Shown: piece by piece, positions 1 to 7,200 of the stretch
How the letters are laid out: the number at the start of each line of letters is the position of its first letter
Numbering within the stretch: the stretch's first letter is position 1
NCBI GenBank assembly: GCA_000388065.2
Contig: KB932219.1
DNA length: 10,415 nt
DNA from: Fonticula alba ATCC 38817
Lineage: Eukaryota > Protista > Nucleariida
Direction: 5' to 3' (one strand)
Made by a program: the position numbers and the translations under genes
Notes under the pieces: model-generated
The model's input: the letters and a program-made list of their open reading frames with translations, nothing else
Told to the model about the DNA's origin: nothing
The model's database searches: none

Positions 1-2
1 AG

Positions 3-2692
3 GCGCTGGCCTTCGAGTCGCAGGGCGCCCGGTGGACGGGCAGCGTACAAACGCTGGCCTGGGCCGCGGCCGGCGAGGGCACGGCCGGGTTCGGCATGCT
101 GGCCGAGGGGACGCTGCTGCATGTGGCCGGTACGGGCTGCGAGGGCGGCCGCCCGGTCGAGGACGAGGGCCGAAGGTGGCTGGGGGTCGAGCTGCCGGCC
201 GAGACCGAGACCGATACCGAGACCGGGACCGAGATTGTGATCGAAGCCAAGACCAAGACTGAGATCGAGCCCCCCCTGTGCCTGGAGGTGGTGACCAGTC
301 CGCTGGAGGGCTTCCCCGAGGGCCGGGCCGCCGTGAGCCAGGCCCTGTACCAGACGCTGCGCGCCCGCCTCCCCGACAGCATGGACCTCTTTTTGCAATC
401 TCACGACCAGCCGCTGGTGCTATTGTGCGTGCCTTTTTTCCCTCTCACCAGGCAAGTGCCCAGCGCTGACGCCCCCCCCCCCCCAGCCCCGACCCGAACC
501 CGCGGTCCAGCCTGTCGGATGGGCAGCTGATCGTCGGCCGGGGGGACGTCGGCCGGATCTTCGGCCACCGGCGGGTCCTCTGGGCCGGGGCCCGGGCCTC
601 GCCCACGCATGTGTTCCAGGTGGACCTGCACCTGGCCCTCGCCGGGGGGCCGCCGGTGAGCTGCGTCGTGCAGTCGCTGGCCCTCGGGGCGTTCCTCCAG
701 CTGCTGGATCAGTCGGTGATCTTCCTGGGCCAGGTGCGCGGGGTCCTCCTCCTGGGGGGGGGGGTTCATGGCGGCAGGGCCCGGACTGACTTGCCTGCCG
801 GTGGCGGTGTCCGGCTGCAGGTGTGCCACTTCCCGGCCGGGGGCACGATCCTGCGCGGTCGAGTGGCGCGGCTGCTGGACACGGGCCTGCGCCCGGTGCG
901 CGCCGGGTACCTGGACAATGGGCATGCCCCGGTGTTTGTGCACATGAGTGTCCCGGGCCGGGGGTTCCGCGTGGTGGGCCAGCCGGAGTCGGTGCTGCTG
1001 CCGGTGCCGCGGCTGGCGGAGCCCATCCGCCTGCCGGTGACCACCCGCCAGTTCGCGGTGTACATCGAGGCGGAGTCGGCCCAGGTGCCGGAGGCCACCT
1101 TCCTGGCGCTGCAGCGGCACTTCCTGGTGGCCGGGCCGGCGATCTTCATCAACCAGGACTACCGACTGGTGTGCGTTCTGCCTCGCGGGGCCGGGCCGAC
1201 TCGCGCGCGCGCGCGCGCGCACAGAGCACTGACCCTGCGTGTGGCTGGGCCGGCCGCGTGGCCGGCCGCCAGGCCGAAGCTCAAGTATGGCCTGGACCTG
1301 GAGCCGCATCATGTCCTGGTGGGCGTGGGGTTGCGGCGGGACAAGCGCCGGCCGCTGGTCCTGCGGTACTGCCAGCCGCCGGACCTGCTGCTTGCCAAGT
1401 GCTGCGCCGTGCCGAAGGAGCAGCAGCAGCAGCCCCCGGCGGCGGTCGACCCGGGGGTGCTGACGCGCCTCCTGCACCGGTCCCTCCCCGAGGACCGGGC
1501 CATCATCAAGGGCCGGGTACGTCGGCCGGTGTGCCTGGCGCATGCGGGCCTTTTAGCAGCGCGTGTGCACAGCATGTGTTTTTTTTCCGCTTGCCGGACA
1601 TGTGTCCATGGGCGCATTTGCGTGTGCACGGCTGCCTGCACGGCTGCCTACGCACGTGTCTGCACGGTCGCCTGCACGGCTGCCTGCACGGTCGCCTGCA
1701 CGGTCGCCTGCACGGCTGCCTGCACGGTCGCCTGCACGGTCGCCTGCACGGCTGCCTGCACGGCTGCCTGCACGGCTGCCTGCACGGCTGCCTGCACATG
1801 CACACGCACACGCACACGCACACGCACACGCACACGCACACGCACGCTCGCCCCTCCCCCCACCCCCCCCACACACACATACATACATCGATACATCCAT
1901 TCGCCACACCAAGCACTGTGCTAATGCCCACCGGCCGCCCAGCTGTATGACACGGAGCCGGGATCGCCGGACTTCTTCCTCCTGCCCAACTGGCTGGGAG
2001 CCGAAGGCCACGCGTCGGTGGCGATTGGCACCCTGGTGCCGGGGCTGACGCGGCTCTTTTTCGAAACGACCAACACGCGGCTGGCCCCGAAGCCGCCGCC
2101 GGCCCTGGCCGTGCACTGCGGCCAGCGCCTGCTGCTGCTGGACCTGGCCCTCGTCCGGACCGGGTCTCCCCTGTACCCGGGGCTGATGCTGCCGCGGGAG
2201 GTGTTCCAGTCGGCGGCCGAGTCGCTGGGGGGCGCGGCGCCGCCGGCGTGTCTCTTCTTCGTGTGCCACGGGCGGGCCTTCGTGGCGCGGCTGGCCGAAG
2301 TGCACGATGTGCCCGGGGTGGCGCGGGTGTGCGAGGACCTGCACGAGCACCTCCGGCCCGGGGGGGCCCTGCTGGCGCATGTGTCCCGGCTGCCGGAGCC
2401 CATTGGCCTGGGCACGGTGTACCTGCGCGTGTCGCCGGCGGTCGGCCAGCAGGGGGCCGGCTCGCTGGCGGAGCCGCGCCCAATGCAGGAGGCCCTCCTG
2501 GAGGAGGCCCTAGCCATGGCCTTCCCCGACCGGAGCATGGCCCTGCTGGAGCGACGGCCCTTCGGCCGGTGCATCCTCATGCCGGAGCTGCTGCTGGACA
2601 CCGACGGCCAGGAGGTCGCCTGCGGGCTCTTCCGGCCGGGCGAGACGCGCGTGCACTTCCACTTCGCGGGGGCCGCCCGGGGGGGGCCATGA
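3..2692 (+). CDS. Gene A (5'-partial, spliced): tandem NSF/Cdc48 N-domain-like protein, paralog of gene B; window holds the end of module 3 and modules 4-6
   Basis: Exons 3-424, 487-733, 821-1170, 1273-1516, 1943-2692 (TGA). Introns 425-486 (phase 2), 734-820 (phase 0), 1171-1272 (phase 2), 1517-1942 (phase 0), each GT..AG with a CTRAY branch motif (GCTGAC 465, ACTGAC 785, ACTGAC 1228, GCTAAT 1920). The spliced frame is open and aligns exon-for-exon with gene B exons 7-11; exons of 350 and 750 nt have identical lengths in both genes. Bases 1-2 (AG) correspond to the acceptor of B intron 6. Confidence 0.85.
201..233 (+). repeat. GA(G/T)ACC hexamer repeat encoding the acidic T-E/T-D linker (gene A)
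   Basis: gagacc gagacc gatacc gagacc gggacc gag; counterpart in gene B at 6762-6785. Confidence 0.8.
1202..1220. repeat. (CG)9C alternating dinucleotide tract inside gene A intron 1171-1272
   Basis: cgcgcgcgcgcgcgcgcgc read directly from the sequence. Confidence 0.95.
1625..1792. repeat. 12-bp minisatellite TGCACGG(CT/TC)GCC, 14 units (one degenerate), intronic
   Basis: Unit order CT,CT,degenerate,TC,CT,TC,TC,CT,TC,TC,CT,CT,CT,CT. Confidence 0.95.
1800..1845. repeat. (GCACAC)7+ microsatellite, intronic
   Basis: Seven perfect GCACAC units plus a partial unit directly after the 12-bp array. Confidence 0.95.
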
Positions 2693-2782
2693 GGCGGCCG
2701 CACACGGGGGCGCCCCCGGCCGGCGCCCAAGCCAGCCGCGCCATCTGTCCGGGCCACGCGCACGCACCCCCACACAAACACC

Positions 2783-2788
2783 AATAAA
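2783..2788 (+). promoter_or_regulatory. Putative polyadenylation signal of gene A
   Basis: AATAAA about 90 nt after the stop codon, in an A/C-rich patch (cacacaaacaccaataaag) within very GC-rich DNA. Confidence 0.55.
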
Positions 2789-2968
2789 GACTCCCCCCCC
2801 CCCCCCTGGCGGGAGGGTGAATGCCCATGCGGCGGCGGTTGTCCAATGTGCGCCGGGCTATTTTCAGAGTGCCGGGCCGGCCGGCGGCGCCCGGGCCACG
2901 CACGGTCCCCCCCCGGGGTCAGGCGGCGGCATGTGCACGCGCGCGGGGCTCCGGCCGGCGGGGGGGGG

Positions 2969-3913
2969 NNNNNNNNNNNNNNNNNNNNNNNNNNNNNNNN
3001 NNNNNNNNNNNNNNNNNNNNNNNNNNNNNNNNNNNNNNNNNNNNNNNNNNNNNNNNNNNNNNNNNNNNNNNNNNNNNNNNNNNNNNNNNNNNNNNNNNNN
3101 NNNNNNNNNNNNNNNNNNNNNNNNNNNNNNNNNNNNNNNNNNNNNNNNNNNNNNNNNNNNNNNNNNNNNNNNNNNNNNNNNNNNNNNNNNNNNNNNNNNN
3201 NNNNNNNNNNNNNNNNNNNNNNNNNNNNNNNNNNNNNNNNNNNNNNNNNNNNNNNNNNNNNNNNNNNNNNNNNNNNNNNNNNNNNNNNNNNNNNNNNNNN
3301 NNNNNNNNNNNNNNNNNNNNNNNNNNNNNNNNNNNNNNNNNNNNNNNNNNNNNNNNNNNNNNNNNNNNNNNNNNNNNNNNNNNNNNNNNNNNNNNNNNNN
3401 NNNNNNNNNNNNNNNNNNNNNNNNNNNNNNNNNNNNNNNNNNNNNNNNNNNNNNNNNNNNNNNNNNNNNNNNNNNNNNNNNNNNNNNNNNNNNNNNNNNN
3501 NNNNNNNNNNNNNNNNNNNNNNNNNNNNNNNNNNNNNNNNNNNNNNNNNNNNNNNNNNNNNNNNNNNNNNNNNNNNNNNNNNNNNNNNNNNNNNNNNNNN
3601 NNNNNNNNNNNNNNNNNNNNNNNNNNNNNNNNNNNNNNNNNNNNNNNNNNNNNNNNNNNNNNNNNNNNNNNNNNNNNNNNNNNNNNNNNNNNNNNNNNNN
3701 NNNNNNNNNNNNNNNNNNNNNNNNNNNNNNNNNNNNNNNNNNNNNNNNNNNNNNNNNNNNNNNNNNNNNNNNNNNNNNNNNNNNNNNNNNNNNNNNNNNN
3801 NNNNNNNNNNNNNNNNNNNNNNNNNNNNNNNNNNNNNNNNNNNNNNNNNNNNNNNNNNNNNNNNNNNNNNNNNNNNNNNNNNNNNNNNNNNNNNNNNNNN
3901 NNNNNNNNNNNNN
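2969..3913. other. Assembly gap (945 N) between gene A and gene B
   Basis: Run of N flanked by a G homopolymer on the left and a C homopolymer on the right. Confidence 0.99.
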
Positions 3914-4254
3914 CCCCCCCCCGCCCTCCGCCGAGGGCATGGCCGGGCACGGCTGCCGCCAGCACCACGGCCGGGGTCCGGTGCACGGCGCCCGGACCAA
4001 ACAGCGGGCCCCGCGCATCGAGCCCCCGCGCCAGGCGGCGGGGCTCCCGGCCTCGGCGGCTCCGTTGGCACATCGGCCCGGCCCAGGGGTCTCGATCATC
4101 CCCCCCCCCAGGGCGGGCGCAGACGCGCGGGGGCGGTTTTTCGGCCGGGGCCGCCGCAGGATCCCCGCCGGAGGAACAACACTCAAGCCCCTTACCCCCC
4201 CCTTCCGCGCACTTCTCGCCCTTTTTCGCCCTTTTTCACCCACGCGCTCCCGAC

Positions 4255-7200
4255 ATGGCCGGCATCCACCGGGCGTCGCCGGCGGCGGCGGCGGCCGCCG
4301 CCGCCGCCGCGGCCACCCCTCCCATCCCCTGCCGCATGTTCAGCTTCAATGGCACCCAGGTGCGGGTGGTGGCGGGCACACGGCCGGGCCTGCAGCCCGA
4401 CGCCCCGGGCGACGGGGCCTGGCCGTGGCAGCTGCTCATGGCGCCGGGGCTCTTCGCCAGGCTGGCGGCCGGGGCGCCGGGCCCGCTTTTCCTGGCCGTC
4501 GGCGGGTTGGTTCTCTGGGCACGGTGCGTCCTTTGCTTTGCTTTGGTGGCCTGCCGCGGCGGTGCCTTTGCCGGTGGCCTGCGCGAAGCGCGTCCCTCAC
4601 CCTTTGCAACCTGCTGCGGGCAGGCCCGACCCGCGGACCACGGGCGGCTCGGTCCTGCTGGGCCACGATGTGGCTGCCCTCGGCCCCGGCGAGGGGCCCG
4701 TGCTGGAGGCGCGGCGCTTCGAGCCGGTCGAGCTGCTGGCCGCCTGTCTGACGGTGTCCATGCCGCGGGGCGCGGAGCCGCGGCGGATCCCCCTGGCGGC
4801 GCTGGATGCCCAGCGGCTCCTGGTTGGGCGCACGCAGGGGCTGGCCATTTCCGAGGTGCGCACCCCGGCCAGCGGGCTCTTTGCCGCCGGCGCACCCCCC
4901 CCCCCCCCCCCTCCTCTAACGGTCCACATGCAGATCCTCCGGCTGGCCATCGAGGGGCGCAGCGCGGTGGAGCTGGCCGCGGTCGAACTCCGGGCGGCCG
5001 ATGGCCGCGCCGTGCCCACCGGCATGGTGACCCCGGCCACGACGGTGACGCTGGTTGCCGGCCCGGGCGTCCAGCTGCCGGGCGCGCCGGTGACCGTGGC
5101 CCTCTCGGTCGGGCGCCCCCGGCCGGGCGACGCCGACTCGGCCCCATACCCGCGGCATGTGACCCTCACGAGCATGTACCAGGCCCCTCACGACCTAGAT
5201 GTGCTGCTGGCGCCGGCCGGCGAGGCGGTGGCCCGGGCGCTGGCCCGGTCGGCCCCGGCCGGGGGCCCCTTTTACGTTCGGCACCAGGACCGGGTGCTGG
5301 AAGTCCGGTACGCGGGGGATGTGTCTTTGTGCCAGGGGGGGGGGGTATTCGCGCGCACTCGCTGACCGGCCGCCATGCAGGATCTGCCCCCGGCCGACCG
5401 TGCCGGGGATCGCGCTCCGGGCGAGCGTCCGCGTTGCGGCGTCGCTGGGGTCGGGGTCGGATGGGCGGCCGGTGGCGCTGGACGTGTGCGAGGCGCCGCC
5501 GGCGGTGGCGGTTGCCTGGCTCGAAACCGACGTGGCCCTCTGCCCGGCGCGCCGGGCGCACATGGTGGCCGAGCTGATTGGCGCCCCGCTGACGGCGGGC
5601 CAGGTGCGTTGTGAAGCGCCTGCTCAATGCCCGCCCGGGCCTGGGTCCCTGACACCCGCGCGCCGTGGTAGATCTTCCGCTGGGCCCCGTCGGACGCCCT
5701 GGTGCGGGTGGTCCGGCTGATGGACCGGGACTTCCGGGGCATCGGCGCCGGCCAGGCGGGGGCCTTCGCCGCGGAGACCGTGCTCTTCATGCAGACGGCC
5801 TCCGGGCCCGGCGAGCAGCCGCACCACTTGGTGGTGGTGCCGGAGGCCCCGGCCGGGGAGCGGGCCCTCCTGCTGGCCTCGGTGCCCATGGACCGTGCGC
5901 CCGGCACGCTGCTCGTGTCGGAGGCGGCCTTTTCACGGCTGGCCGGGCCGGGCCGGGCGCACCATCGCGCCATCCCCTTCATCTGTCAGGGAGGGCTCCT
6001 GAATGTGCGGTGCGTGTGAATGTCACCTCCTCCGGGCAGGGGGGGCGTGGGCGTGGTTTTCCACTCCGGGCCCCGTGCTCCCGCATGCTGGCGTGCTGAC
6101 GCGACGCCCGAAACAGGCCGAGTGACCAAGTCGGCCGCTTCGACGTCGGCATCCACCCGCAGGACGCCGAGCAGCTGGGCCTGCCGNNNNNNNNNNNNNN
6201 NNNNNNNNNNNNNNNNNNNNNNNNNNNNNNNNNNNNNNNNNNNNNNNNNNNNNNNNNNNNNNNNNNNNNNNNNNNNNNNNNNNNNNNNNNNNNNNNNNNN
6301 NNNNNNNNNNNGCGCCGCGCCGCTGGTGCTGGAGCGGGCGCCGCGCATCCCGCCGGCGAGCAGCGCCACGGTGGCCTTCTGGCCGGCGGAGGGGTGCTCC
6401 CCGGCCGGCGAGGCCGACCAGCTCAAGGCGGACTTCCTGCGCGCGCACCAGGGGGCCCTCGTGCACGTGGACCAGGTATGCCCGCCGTGTGTGTGTGTGG
6501 GGGGGGGGGGGGTGGATTGTCGACCGTGCTCGTGCCCCTGACCGTGTCTTCCTTGGTGAGAAGGCGCTGGCCTTCGAGTCGCAGGGCGCCCGGTGGACGG
6601 GCAGCGTACAAACGCTGGCCTGGGCCGCGGCCGGCGAGGGCACGGCCGGGTTCGGCGTGCTGGCCGAGGGGACGCTGCTGCATGTGGCCGGTACGGGCTG
6701 CGAGGGCGGCCGTCCGGGCGAAGACGAGGGCCGAAGGTGGCTGGGGGTCGAGCTGCCGGCCGATACCGAGACCGATACCGAGACCGATGCTGAGCTCGAT
6801 ACCAGGACCGAGGCTGAGGCGCCCCTGTGCCTGGAGGTGGTGGTCAGTCCGCTGGAGGGCTTCCCGGCGGGGAAGGCCGCCGTCAGCCCGCGGGTGTACA
6901 TGCTGCTGCGCAGCCATTTGCCCGACAGCATGGACATCTTCCTCCGGTGGCACGACCACATCCTGACGCTGTTGTACGAGCCCCCTGGGCACTTGCCCTG
7001 GCGATGATCTTCCTTCTTGCATGCCCGCCCTGGCGGACGGCCGCGCATGTGCTAACGCGCGGAGCCCAGCCCGGATGCCAACCCGCGGAGGCCGCTGCCA
7101 GACGGGCAGGTGCTCGTCGGCCGGCCGGATGCCGAGCGCGCCTTCGCCCGGAGCCGGGTCCTCTGGGCCGAGGCCACGGTGGCCCTGCCGCACGTGTGGC

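Larger units (their letters stand above)
1517..1942 (+). other. Expanded last intron of gene A (426 nt, phase 0)
   Basis: Donor CGG|GTACGT, branch GCTAAT 1920-1925, acceptor CCCAG|CTG. Flanking exons align with gene B exons 10 and 11. Confidence 0.85.

Noticed and set aside
1922-1924. Alternative genetic code (TAA/TAG = Gln) allowing read-through of branch-point TAA
   Set aside because: No in-frame TAA or TAG occurs in any predicted exon, although many Gln codons are present (CAG/CAA). The TAAs at 1922 and 8578 are explained as branch points. Both genes ending in TGA is uninformative.
2960-3922. G-run and C-run flanking the large gap as terminal inverted repeats of a transposon
   Set aside because: Complementarity extends only about 12 nt over a homopolymer. 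Such runs are common here and are typical points of short-read assembly breakage; no target-site duplication or transposase is visible.
3947-3957. GCACGGCTGCC matching the 12-bp minisatellite unit upstream of gene B
   Set aside because: A single 11-nt match in very GC-rich DNA is too weak to distinguish from chance.
1921-5577. Very long ORFs spanning the 945-N gap (1921..4071, 2817..4751, 2821..5577, 2846..5365 and others)
   Set aside because: Their length comes from N codons; only the parts that coincide with gene B exons are meaningful.
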